From: Azolla caroliniana
Lineage: Eukaryota; Plantae; Polypodiophyta
Direction of reading: 5' to 3'
Length of the DNA: 64,000 bases
Assembly (NCBI GenBank): GCA_043228905.1
Contig: JBHGNT010000020.1
Span: 3,038,001-3,102,000, forward strand
The translations under genes and the position numbers were made by a program. Positions 38,201-51,100 of the stretch are shown here, piece after piece; the stretch's first letter is position 1, and every line of letters starts with the position of its first letter. The notes beneath the pieces were generated by a model, which saw nothing but the letters and a program-made list of their open reading frames with translations, did not search any database and was not told where the DNA came from.

Positions 38201-39164
38201 GTTTTTGGGCATGTGCTTACTGATAAGAAAGATTTTGAGCATTGGTCATAATACTTTGTTCACTGATAAGAAAGACTTTGGGCATTGTTAATAGTTGGTT
38301 CTTACCAATAATAATATTTTGTGCATTTGTTTGATTCTTAACCACATGATTTTGGGAATTTGTCAATACTTAATTCTTGACTGAAAGATTTTGGCCATTT
38401 GTTAACATTAAATTCTTATCCACATGATTTTGGGCATTCTTCTCTCCAAATTTTGTAGGCAGGGCCAGGTACTATTGCCGAAGCAATGATTCGGGGGCTG
38501 CCTCTTCTTCTCAATAACTATATTGCAGGACAGGTACCCTTTCTTTTGCTTTCCTCGAAAATTCTATCTGATGTAGTATTTTTTTTAAAGGAAGATTTTC
38601 AAAATGCCACACATTTTTATGCATTTTTCTTTTGCCAAAATGCTACATTTATTGTGCTTTGCCGAACATGCCACACTTGTTTGCTTTCAGATCTTTTGAT
38701 TGAACAGATCAGCATCACGTTGTCTGGATTAGGCCTTTGATGGTGTTGACTTTTCTGGATTTGTTAATTAAGGAAAAACAAATGTGTTGCATTTTGGCAA
38801 AAATTACAGATAGAAATGTGTGGCATTTCAGCAAAAAAATACAGGTATGGAAATAGGTGTTGTGAACTTGAATCTGAAGGAATAACATTGGAAACAGGAA
38901 GTGGGTAATGTTCCATATGTGGTGAACAATGGAGCCGGGAAGTTTTGTAAAGACCCAAATAAGATAGCTCAAATTGTGGCGGAGTGGTTTGGTCCAAAGG
39001 CAGGGGAGCTCCAAGAGATGGCACAAAATGCTCTAAAGTTAGCGAAACCTGATGCCGTGTTTAAGATAGTCCACGACTTGAATGAGCTAGTAAGGCAAAA
39101 AGAAAAAGTTATCGAACCTTCTTTAGCCTTCTCATCAACATCACTGTCACCATCATCATCATGA
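32253..39164 (+). CDS. MGD1: Monogalactosyldiacylglycerol synthase (GT28), plastid-targeted, 8 exons, 544 aa
   Basis: Exons 32253-32780, 34458-34630, 34837-34998, 35084-35225, 36204-36428, 37936-37998, 38459-38533, 38898-39164. All introns GT-AG; total 1635 nt in frame. Motifs [60 protein letters not shown]; Ser-rich N-terminal extension. Confidence 0.96.
32790..33480 (+). repeat. Degenerate ~45-50 bp tandem repeat in MGD1 intron 1
   Basis: Recurring CTTTAGCATGCTTTTCTCTTGTATATTATGTTGTTTTCCAGG-like unit. Confidence 0.6.
38110..38440 (+). repeat. Degenerate ~40-45 bp tandem repeat in MGD1 intron 6
   Basis: Recurring GATTTTGGGCATTGTTAATACTTAATTCTTA-like unit. Confidence 0.6.
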
Positions 39165-40573
39165 TGAACAAATCATAGGCACAAAGAAATGAATCATAAA
39201 ATCCTTGTGAAACCCATCACAAAATCATCATAAAATCTATAATAAAACCGCCATTAACCCAGCATAAACTCCATAAAGTCATCATAAACCCCATCATAAA
39301 CCCTTTCATAATCTAAATTATAAACCAAACCCCGTCACAACCCATCCTAAAACTTATCGTTAATTGGTCTTTCTCTTTGTTAAAAGTAGAGGCAGATTTT
39401 TTTCATATATTTGGAGAGGATCTTTCATTTTTTACATTCTTTCTCCAAAATTTTGTTTTTTGTAAAGTAGTAGGATGATTATTAACTCATTTTTGCATTC
39501 ATTTTTTCCTTTTTTCTATGTTTCTTTGTCTCTTTAGAAATGAGAGGCCTCTCAATTTTTAACTAGACTTTAACTTTATGAAAGCAAGTTTCTCTCATTG
39601 CAGTTTTATCTTAACTCAAAATCAAAATTTAACCTCCAAAATCTCTAATAATATTTCCGTAACTGAGTGTATTATATGTGACTGTCTCTCCCATTTTTCC
39701 TTTCATAATCTGCAAAAATATGTAAAATACCCGTAAAGGTTTTGGATATTTACTTGACCACATTTGAGTTTACAAAACCAACCAGAACATGTACATTCAA
39801 TAAAATGATGAGGATACCCTTGAAGCTTTTGAATCTTACTTGTTCACCCTTTGATATCACAAAACTTAAGTATTATAGATGGGTATTCTGGTACTCAATT
39901 CAAGGGTATAGGGGGAATTCCAAGGTTAAGGATTGGGGGTGTTCTTGGGTGTTCTTATTACTGCCTGTATCTTATATATAAATACCGAGGAATAAGATAT
40001 ATTCAATTTGGTATTCAGTGGGTACCCACCATTGCACATGCCTTCAAATTTGTTCATATTCACAATGGATCCAACATTCATAATAACATAATTTGTAATG
40101 AAAATGGTAGAGAACGTAGTGAACATCCTGATTGTATTGATTCGCTAGATTTCCCAACATTTGGTTAAATGGCTGCCAAGAGTACATAATCACTTGTCTT
40201 AATTGTTTTAGACTCATGATGTAGCCTAGACAATTGAATGATATATCAGACACATTCTTCTTAAAAAATGCATGTGTTTACCAATTCAAATCCTTTGCAT
40301 ATGATCTTTACTAGTTTATATTCTATATGCAAAAACAATTGTGCAACATTAACATGAATGTATATATATATATGCATATTTTGGAGGAGCACAATTATAC
40401 TTTCAGCTAGCATTTTCAAACATATAGAAGAATATAGAGAAGAGTGAAGTTGTTGGGGAAATTCCAAACATAAGAAGTATATATTCCAGAAATCATTAAA
40501 AGGTGTATGCAAGAATGGAATGCAGAAATGAAGACCAATATTGAAAGATTCAATAAGCCCTACGGAGCCTGAT

Positions 40574-40854
40574 CATAGTATGAACCATATGTACCATATA
40601 TGCATTCGCATTCGTGAATGTTTCAGTCATTCGAGTATGGTAAACACCCTCGAAGAATGGTAAATACCATGCTTTTGTATTAACTATTTATTATGAGGTA
40701 ATAAACCTAAAAAAAGGAAAAAAACAAAAATAAACCTGAGAAAAAGGGGGGGGGACAAAAAAAAACACAAGAATGTTTGAATAACATTCGCATTCGTTTT
40801 CCAATGTAGGAAAATGAATGTTATGCTAGACGAACACGAATTTTACGTACTATG
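40574..40854. mobile_element. hAT-type MITE (281 bp)
   Basis: TIR CATAGTA(T/C)G / CGTACTATG; 8-bp TSD AGCCTGAT (40566-40573) / AGCCTAAT (40855-40862); internal CATTCG repeats. Confidence 0.75.
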
Positions 40855-41489
40855 AGCCTAATCTCACTCAAATATGAAACATTGTGTTTTGTGTGGGTAG
40901 ATTGATTAATCTACTTTAGATTGACACTACATATTGAAGATCTCATAGAATGTCCTTGAAGATCGAGGAGAATAGATGCATGATGAAGTCTTATGGAAAA
41001 TCAATTTGACAACTTCTCACTCATGGTAGATATCCTTCAAGAAGATAAGGATCCAAGTTTAAGGGAGGAGGCAATGAAGGTTTTGAGATGGAGAAAGTCT
41101 ATAGATCTTGAGCTTGGAAGTAATTTGAATAACAAGCCTTGGGACTTAGTTAATACCCTACATAAAATTATTTATTGAGCAACCAACATGGATGAACCAC
41201 TCCAACAAGCATAGTGGATGACGTTAGTGGATGTCACTTGAGGGTGACACACATTGTATATGCCCTAGACATGGTTGGTAAGGAAAAGCTAGAGGGAGTA
41301 TCTTGTTGAGATTTTGTGTGCAAAAACATTATCATTTTATATATTCGTAGGGTGTATTGAAAGGATACAATTTGTTAAGTAATAGAGGAGCAAACACCAA
41401 ATGACCAAGAACATGGAAGGTGAGCATATGCATCTAGGAAAGGAATTCAAAATGCATAGTAAGTGATGACTCATGGGACTACAATATCG

Positions 41490-43550
41490 TAAATTTTTTT
41501 TTTTAAACATTTTTGGAATTGTAGATGATATCCATGGGATGATGGGTTAAGACTAAGTGATGTAGCTCAAGGTATTGATGTTATATTTTTGGTTGAAACT
41601 TGGGAGCATGAAGTTGCAAAATGTGTATCTAAGATAAAAGGTTACCTTTTCAAAAATCAATATGGCCTCGCTTCAAAGGGAATATTGGGCTTCTAATGTG
41701 TTTACCATGAAAGTTTAGATAATTATATAAATTATGTAAATATAGTCATTATAAAAGATAGTTTTGGATAGATCTCAATTTAAGGAAAGCAAAGCTCTAT
41801 ATAGCCCCATGTTGCATTCCTCATAAAGAGTCAAAATACTATAGTATATTTGGGCTAGAATGTTATAATCCTCTCACAAATTTATGCACGATGTACTCTT
41901 TTTTTAGAAGATTGGTAAAGTGTAATGGGAGATTTTAATGCTAGAGTCAAAGACATCAGAAGACAATGTAATACATAGATATGTGTGTATTATGAGACTT
42001 AAAGGATTGTATCATGTCATATTAGGAGGAATCTTTTTTTACCAAAATGGGAGGATGTTTATACATATGCTTGATTACTACATAAACTTTATTATCTTAA
42101 ATGGCATAAATGTTTTCCCTTTGAAATTTGTACTCGCATGTTTACTGACCTCATATGGAGGAAGTGTGGTAGATTACATGTTAATGAAGGCGTGTGATCT
42201 ATCCATGGTGAATGCATTTAAATTTACCATCTATCTCTTAACTTAGACCATAAATCATTATGCATGGACCTTATATCCTCACATTAAATCAACAAATATA
42301 ATGGAGCGAATGAGGAAATGAGATACATAATTCAACCTTGTCACAAAAACACTAAGATTTATGCAAAAGAAGTTGAGAACAATTTGTCAAATCTCTCTCT
42401 ATACAACGATGTCAAAGATATTTGGTAACATTTGAAAGATGTCACCTTTAAGGTAATATAATCTTAGTGTTTTTGTAACAAGGTTGAATTATGTGGAGGA
42501 CATGATAAAATATCTAGTTTCAAATGTAATTCATGGTTTGAGGAGAAATGCAAGATGTATCTCAAACTATTCACGTTTGCAAAGGGAGAAAGTGAAAGGA
42601 CCTCGAAATGGCACCAATATAGAAAGGTACCAAGGAGAAAGAAAAGACAATACTTCCAAATCCATTAAAGGAAAATGAAGATCTTGTTTAAGCTCAAGTC
42701 AAAACTATGAATGAATGAGCTTGAGGGTAAGAAGGAAGGTATCAAAGGTGAATTTACAAATGATGAGTTGCTAGAATTTGTACAAAGGCTATATGTGAAT
42801 GAGGGAGTGGCTCTTATGGTTGAGAACATTGAAACACCTCATTATACATGCATTAATATTAAGGAGGTTAATAAGGTGAGTAAATGATGGTTAATGGCAA
42901 CGTATTGATGTAACTCCCATTACAAGGGAGCTTTAAAAATATACAAGACAATATAATCCTCATTAGATAATGACTATAATAGATTAGATCATGCTAATAT
43001 ATTAATGCAATGGTGGAACTTGGAAATTTCATAAGAGTATTGAGTTCTTTTTGCTTGATTATGTGAAAAAGTTAGATGCCAACTAAAAACCAACAATGGA
43101 TTCTCAAAATGCTTTTTTAAGTAACATGGAGGTTACGCAAGGACATCCACTATCATTTACAGTCTTTGGTTTATGCATCAATAATATGGAAGAAATGGCG
43201 AGCGCCGAGTAGTGTTGCAAGTGAAGACAGAGAAGATGCTTCTAATTAATTTGTGCGACAATAAAGATATTGTTTTTATATTTCATTTGTCAATGATGGT
43301 ATAAACTCATTGATACATCATACCTATATGTAAGGGAGAATATGTAAAATTTGTGCAAAGTTTTAAGTTTTATTGGTATTGATGTACCCACCACAAATAA
43401 ATAGAGTGTATGCTTTGAGTCTAGGCATCAAGTTGGTTCGAAAAGTCATTATATGTTACAAAATCAATGCAACCAAAGTGATACTCGTGAATGGGAAATA
43501 AAACTAATGTTATATGATTCCATTGTAAGTGGGAGAGATGCTAAAAGGAC
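41490..43550 (+). mobile_element. Highly decayed LINE ORF2 (APE endonuclease plus RT remnants)
   Basis: Remnant motifs FWNCR (~41512), IDVIFLVETWEHE (~41575), VMGDFNAR (~41922), GGSVVDYM (~42156) and V.QG.PLS (~43130). Boundaries are approximate. Confidence 0.7.
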
Positions 43551-45990
43551 AAATTTTGAATATTAACATTGCAAACATCAACCTTGAATGTTGGGTTCAA
43601 TATATGGCAAGAATGTTGACCAACAACATTACAAACATGAGAATTAACTCTCATAAAGCCCTCACACACGCATTCACACAAGCTAGGTGTTGAAGTTGTA
43701 TTATGGCATAAAAATGTGTCAAATATGAAGGCACGGGTTTTTCACAACAATTAAGCCTAAGAAAATGTATGTGAACATGTGATTTTGTCCTTTTCATACG
43801 AAGATCTTGAAGTCAAACTCAAGAAAAGCCACAATCCAAAGAGATATAGTACCTACTAAGCATGTTTTATTGACCAAATATAATAACACTTGTGCTCTTA
43901 GCTCTATATAGAAACAAAAAAGACATGCCATAGGTAGAATCCACATTTCTTGATTTCATATATCATTCACGATTATTTTTTTATTACAAAAGAATAATTA
44001 CATTTTGTTAGGTTGAGTAGCAACTAACAAATTTGATAAGGAAATCTAGCTTAGTGTTGCTTGATTGGATGAAAACTGCGCTAATTGCAAAAGAGGAAGC
44101 ATATGTGCCCTAATTCCTAGGATAATTGGTTTCCCAACTATCCTACTTGTAACCCATTAAAATTAGCTTTAGAATGGATTTATAAAATAGAGATAATAAT
44201 ACAAGACAAATCAAAGTCGAGATAGAACATAGGCAAATGAAGAGGCATTAACAATTAATACTACACCAACATAACAACTCTTAACCACGTTATTAACAAC
44301 AATGCAAGAGAAGCATAACTCTACTTAGTTTGCTGCTTATTGAGTTGCTAATAGATCTAAGTGGTGGGAACAAAAGAATTTGAGAGTGCTTTTCTATTCA
44401 TCCCCTTCTTTTATATGGTAGTTGGAGAGGAATGGCTATCAAGAATACGTTGTTTGCTTTTATCTCATTAAAGCTCGCCAAGTATATCAAGTATTTGCTT
44501 AAATCTCTACTAATTACAAGACCACCTTATTTCACTAAATCTAGTAATGATATTGTAATTTGTTCATTGCCCCCTTCAATAATTATAGGTGATAGGCTTC
44601 TTTGCTCATCAATAGTTAGGATTTAGATACCATCACAAACACGTTGATACCTATATAAAGGGTGTCAAAGTGGTAGACGTGATTCATGACGAAGAATGTT
44701 GATTCCTAACATTTTGCGGAGATTGTGAGCTTAACAAGTAATCCATATGTTTTTCCATAAATGGTGCAATATGCTTAAGTTGTTTTGCATGATAAGCACA
44801 ATTAGGATCCTTGAAGTGAGTGGAGGATGAGTTCTTGTGATGTGTTTGAATGTATTATTTAAAACAAGTCTTACCCAAGAACAAAACAAATCATGATGGG
44901 AAGACATGGTATGAATTTAACATGACCCCTTCTTACGTTACCCATTAAGTAAAGGTTGAAATTTTGGTAGTAATCAACGAACTTGATATTTCATGTAATA
45001 ATAAACATCATATATTTTGGCATTTGGTGTTGGCCAGTTAGGACAACCCATGTATGAAAAAGCCAAGGATGGTTACGAGTCGGGTTGAAGATAGGTGGGG
45101 CCGGACAAGGAGCTAGAAAAGAAACGTTTGTAACATAATTAGTGGAAGTAGTAGCGATTCACGTCTAGACATCACCGCCCATGCTCCCTATAAAAAGGAC
45201 ATGGAAAGATGTAAAAATGAATTGGTTGTATTAGTGTATTAAGTTCACGTCTCATAAGAGGATATCTGTGTTACTTATACTTTTAATCTGTGTTGAGCAT
45301 TTGTAGTCTGTTTTCTGTGTGTTGCACAACACCATTCGGTTGTAGCCGACTTGACTCCCAATCTCCACAGTCACCACTGTTGAGAAGCAAGCTCAACATG
45401 GTATGCGATGCTTATTGGGAAATAAGCTATAGTAGCTATTTAGCTACTAGTGAACAAAAAGGTAAAACAGCTATTTAGCTAGTGACAGCTAATTAGCTAG
45501 TGAACAGCTATTTAGCGACTGACAGCTAATTAGCTACTGGCAGCTAATTAGCTGCATGTGTGATAACTTATGACTTAGGTAAAAGTAAGTGAGAGTGAAT
45601 AGGAAGTAAGTAGTAAGGAAAAAACAGAGAATAGTGAGTAGAGAACTCTGAGAGAGTGAGAGACCAGAAGACTGACGAGAGCAAGTTGAGCTCTACATGT
45701 AATAGAAGAAAACCATTTTGCTACTACAGAGGTAAGTCCCCTTTCCTTTCTCTGTCTGTTTAGAGCACGCTAACGATCCAGCACACTACGATCCGCCGCG
45801 CATACAAAAGAAGAGCCCGAGTGCCTTCTTCACGTTTTCTTAACATGGTATCAGAGCAGAGTAGCTCGTAAGGAAGAGTATAACAGTGCCTTAATCTGAG
45901 AAAGTTATTTCTCTGGTTGCTGATCAGAAATCAGAAAGTTACTTGTTGAAGTAACTAAAGCAAAACCCTGGTTTTTTGGAAGAAAAAAAA

Positions 45991-48124
45991 ATGGCTGCAG
46001 AGAATGTAGGCCAAATGGTCACAGAGAAATTAGATAAAAACAATTTCCCGGCGTGGAAATTCAGAATGACAAACTTTCTGATGGGGAAAGGATACGGGGA
46101 TTACATTGAAGGAGACCTAGAAGAGGCTCCAAAGATCCCAGAAGAGAATGCAACAGCTGCACATATTAAGGCATTTAAAGATTGGAATCAAGGGGCAAGG
46201 AAAGTAATGCATTGGCTATCACTCAACATCTCAGATTCAATGCTTGGGCATATACAAGATGCTATGCTCCCAAAAGAAGCTTGGGACAACTTGGTAAAAC
46301 TGTTTGCTGTGAACACAAAGGCTAGAAAGCTCCATTTAAAGACTGAGCTAAATACCTTGGAGAAAGGTAAGATGTCAATAAATGAATATGCCCTAAAAAT
46401 CAAGAGTATATGTGAATCACTTGCTTCTATCAATGTGAAGATAGAAGATGATGACAAAGTGGAAATATGCTTAAGAGGCTTAGGACCTCAATACAAGAGT
46501 TTTAAAACTTCTATGCTCACAAGGGATAGTATCCCAAGTTTTTCAGATCTGGTCTCAATGCTTGTGGTAGAGGAAAGGAATCAGATGGATGATGCAAATA
46601 AAGGAAACTCAGAGAACGAGGGGCAAGCCCTCTATAATAATGCAGGAAGAGGCCATGGAAGATTTGGCTCAGGAAGAACCAATAATAATGGCTTTCAAGG
46701 AAGAGGACAACAAGCTCATAGAGGAGGAAACAACAACAGAGGCAGGGGGAGCAACCGAGGTAGAGGTAAGCAAACTTATGTAAATGATGATGGCTGCTGG
46801 TATTGTGGTAAACCAGGCCATACACAGGCTGAATGTTACAAGAAACAAAATGATGAGAAAAGAGGAAAAGGACAACAGAGTAACTATGCCTCTACTAGTG
46901 AAGATTGTGAAAAGGAAGGTGGTTTTGTAGTGCAACATGAGATAGCAGCAGTGGCTGAAAGCTCACAGAAATGTAATGAAGAGTTTACGTGGTATGTAGA
47001 CTCGGGGGCATCTAACCATATGACTGGACATGCAAATTGGTTTGAGAGTTTAAGAGAACCAGAGGTTCCTGGTTATGTACAAACAGGTGATGACACAACT
47101 CACCAAATAAAACATGTTGGAGATATCCCATTGTGGGAAGAAAGAGGAAAAACCAAGTATATGTTGAATGTGATGCATGTTCCAAACTTTGCTAAGAATC
47201 TGATTTCTGTTGGACAGATTGTAGAGCAAGGTATGCAAGTGAAGTTTAAGCAAAGTGGATGCTATATAGAAAAGAATGGGAAGCTCATTGCAAAAGGGAA
47301 GAGACAAGGAAGAATGTTTATCTTGGATGTAGAAATGCCCAAACAGATTTCAGCCATGTTTGCAAATGGAACAAGTGTAATCTCAGATGTGGAAATGTGG
47401 CATAAAAGGATTGGCCATATAAGTATGCAAACATTAAAGAATATGTTGAGAAAAGATGCAGTGGCTGGACTGCCAAACTTGAAAAAGTGTGAAATGGGAA
47501 AAGTATGTGAAGCATGTCAATATGGTAAGCAAAACAGGTTGCCATTCCCTCATGAGAGACATGTAAGCAAAAATCTGTTGGATTTGGTACATACAGATGT
47601 ATGGGGACCAACAAAGAATGCATCTATTGGTGGATGCAGATTTTATGTTACATTTATTGATGATTGTTCACGGAAGACATGGGTGTACTTCATGAAGGAG
47701 AAAAGTGAAGTATTTGACTGCTTTCGTAAGTTTAAATGCATGGTAGAAAAGCAGGCTGGTACAAGGATAAAATGTTTGAGATCTGATGGAGGAGGAGAGT
47801 ATTTCTCCAATGAATTTTCTGATTTTTTGTGTAATCAGGGAATAAGAAGACAGTTCACATGCCGATATACTCCACAGCAAAATGGAGTTGCTGAGAGGAA
47901 AAACAGAACTTTGGTGAACATAGCAAGGGCAATGATGACTGAGAAGAACATGCCATTATACTATTGGGCAGAAGCTGTAAATACAGCAAATTACATTTTA
48001 AATAGATGTATTACATCAGGAGTACATGAGGCAACTCCTGAAGAGCGTTTTTATGGCAGGAAGCCTAGCTTACAACACTTGAAAGTATTTGGATGCCTTG
48101 CATATGTACATGTGCCTGCAGAAG
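45991..48124 (+). CDS. Copia D gag-protease-integrase (5' part of polyprotein, open up to the F insertion)
   Basis: Uninterrupted ORF from ATG 45991: CWYCGKPGHTQAEC, WYVDSGASNHMT, HTDVWGP, LRSDGGGEY, TPQQNGVAERKNR. Confidence 0.93.
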
Positions 48125-51100
48125 TGATGGAAATAATCGAACTTTCCAACTTCACCTCTCGGCCACAACCAAGGAAAAACACACGAATCGTTGTTGCAGA
48201 AAATGGGGAATGTAGTGAACACACGATTTAACGTGGAAAACCCTGTACGGGAAAAACCACGGGAGTACAAGACTCCAAACCAAAACTATGCACAGAGAAG
48301 TATACAATGGCGAGCTGCAAGGCGACGACCTTGAGCTCGATGTCCTCGCCACAGGCGGCGGAAATACACAGAGGCGTCGACCTCTTCCTCTCTCACGCTC
48401 TATCTCTCTCTCACGGCTGCTCTCTCTTCACTCCTCTTGAGTGGAAAAACAGAAAAATGAGTAGCAACAGACAAACAGTTTGCCCTAAGTCATATTTATA
48501 CATATATGACTTTGGGGCTATTTACAACTATAGCCTCAGGGGCCCATAGCAAACATATTCACGGATATGTCCTTGCATCCGGATCGCTCTCCGGGTACAT
48601 TCGTCATCCGGCTCCGAAGCCGGGGTCTTCATCATCCGGTACCGAAACCGAAACCGGGCTCGTCGGCATTCATCTCCGACATCCGACCATTCCATCCGAA
48701 GGGACCGTAATCCCAACAAACTCCCCCTTCACTTCGGCATGGGATGTCTTTCCAATCCGATCCTCTTCCGGCATGCTTCCAGCTTGTCGGGTGTGAGCAC
48801 CTTGGTCAGCATATCCGACCCGTTCTCGTCCGTGTGGATCTTTGTCAGCACGAACTCCTTGTCTTCTATCCTTTCCCGGATCCAGTGATATCTTCGCTGG
48901 ATGTGCTTCGTCCGGGAGTGATAGGCCGCGTTCTTCGCAAGGTGGATTGCACTCTGACTGTCGCAGTAGAGTCGGTACTCCTCCTGCCGGATACCGAGCT
49001 CTCTAATGAAGTCCTTCATCCATATTATTTCCTTGCCGGCTTCAACAGCTGCCATGTACTCCGCCTCCGTGGTTGACAACGCAACCGTCTTCTGCAGCCT
49101 CGACTGCCACGAAACGGCTCCCCCTGCATACGTCATCACATACCCTGATGTGGACCGGCTGGTATCTGCGTCAGCCGACATATCCGAATCGGTGAAGCCG
49201 TCGAGTTCGGGCTTACCGGATCCGAATCGGAGGCACACGTTTGCCGTGCCCTTCAGGTATCGGAGTATCCACTTGGCCGCGTTCCAATGCTCTTTGCCGG
49301 GATTGCTCATGTACCGGCTCACCACTCCGACTGCATATCCGATGTCCGGTCGGGTACACACCATTGCGTACATCAAGCTCCCGACGGCAGAGGCATATGG
49401 TACTTTCATCATGTCCTCCTTCTCAGCCTTTGTCTTGGGACTTTGCTTGCTGGACAGCTTGCAGTTTGCCGGGAGGGTCGATCCGACCGGTCTTGCTTCC
49501 GACATGTTGAACCGGTGAAGCACCTTCGTCACGTACTTCTCCTGTGACAGCCACAACTGCTTCTTCTTCCGGTCCCGGATGATGTGCATCCCTAGTATTT
49601 GCCTCGCCGGACCCAGGTCCTTCATTGAGAAGGTTCGGTGAAGAGCCTTCTTCAGCATCCGTATCTTGACCTGGTCCCGTCCGACGATCAACATGTCGTC
49701 CACGTACAGGAGGAGTCTCCTCCTTCGAACTTCTTCACAAACACGCAGTGGTCGGACTGCGTTTTGAGGTACTCTTCGTCGGTCATGAAGGAGTCGAACT
49801 TCCGGTACCATTGCCGGGGAGCCTGCTTCAGTCCGTAAAGGCTCTTCTTCAACCGGCATACCAGGTGCTCCTTCCCTTTCTTCTCGAATCCTTCCGGTTG
49901 CTGCATGTAGATCTCTTCATTGAGGTCACCGTGAAGGAATGCCGTCTTCACGTCCATCTGTTCTACCTCGAGGTCCATGCTTGCCGCTATGCTCAGCACC
50001 GTCCGGATGGAGGTCATCTTCACTACCGGGGCAAATATCTCGTCGAAGTCAACGCCCTTCTTTTGCTGAAACCCCTTCACCACGATCCTGGCTTTGTATC
50101 TCAGGGGTTTTCCGGCATCTCCCGGTTTCAGCTTGAACACCCACTTGTTTCGAAGTGCCCGCTTTCCTTTCGGCAACTCCACAAGTTCATATGTGTGGTT
50201 CTCATGCAGGGAATCCATCTCGTCCTGCATGGCACTCAACCACCTGCGGCTCTGGGTGTCATGTTTTGCTTCTTCAAAGCTCTCCGGCTCCCCCTCGTCG
50301 GTTAGCAGCACGTGCTCTGGTTCCGGAAATCTCCGGGGGGCCCTTCTCTCTCTTAGAGGATATCTCCGTTCCGGAGCTTCGGTAACCGGTTCTTCTGATT
50401 CTTCTTCATCCGAATCCATTTCGGGGTCGGGGCCGGTTCCGGTATCATTTTCATCTTCTTCGGCCGGTTCTGTTTCTTCACCGTCTTCGGCCGGATCCTC
50501 GAGTGCTAACCGGTCCCTTGCCGGTCGGGACTGCTCCTCGTAGAGTTGATCCTCACCTGTCGACTTGGAGCTCTTCATCTTCTTCTCCGACTCCCAGTCG
50601 GCGAGTGTCTTGTCCTCCATGAAGATGATGTCTCAACTCCTGAATATCTTCTTGTCGACCGGGTCCCATACTCGGTAGCCGAACTCGTCGTCGCCGTAAC
50701 CGAGGAATATGCATGGCCGGGTCTTTGGATCTAGCTTTCCTCTCCGGTCCTTTGCCACATGCACGTATGCGAGACACCCGAACACCTTCAGATGCCGGTA
50801 GGACACTTCCTTACCGGTCCACACTTTCTGCGGCGTGTCTCCGTCCAAAGGTACTGAGGGTGATCTGTTTATCACGTATGTCGCCGTCGACATTGCCTCA
50901 GCCCAAAACCCCTTGTGTAATTTCGCATGCGCCAGCATACTCCGGACCCTCTCCATTATGGTCCGGTTCATCCTCTCGGCCAGCCCGTTTAGTTCCGGCG
51001 TCTTCGGCACAGTAAACTCGAGCCGGATTCCCTTCGAGCGACAGTACTCCTGGAACTGCCCCCGGTATTCCCCTCCGTTATCCGCTCGTATCGCTTTCAG

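Noticed and set aside
43900-45000. Decayed coding sequence on the minus strand
   Set aside because: No recognisable domain could be read by eye.
45028-45377. Solo LTR hosting element D (with 55785-55852)
   Set aside because: TG start and TATA-like motif are present, but no CA end or matching TSD was found, so it is not annotated.
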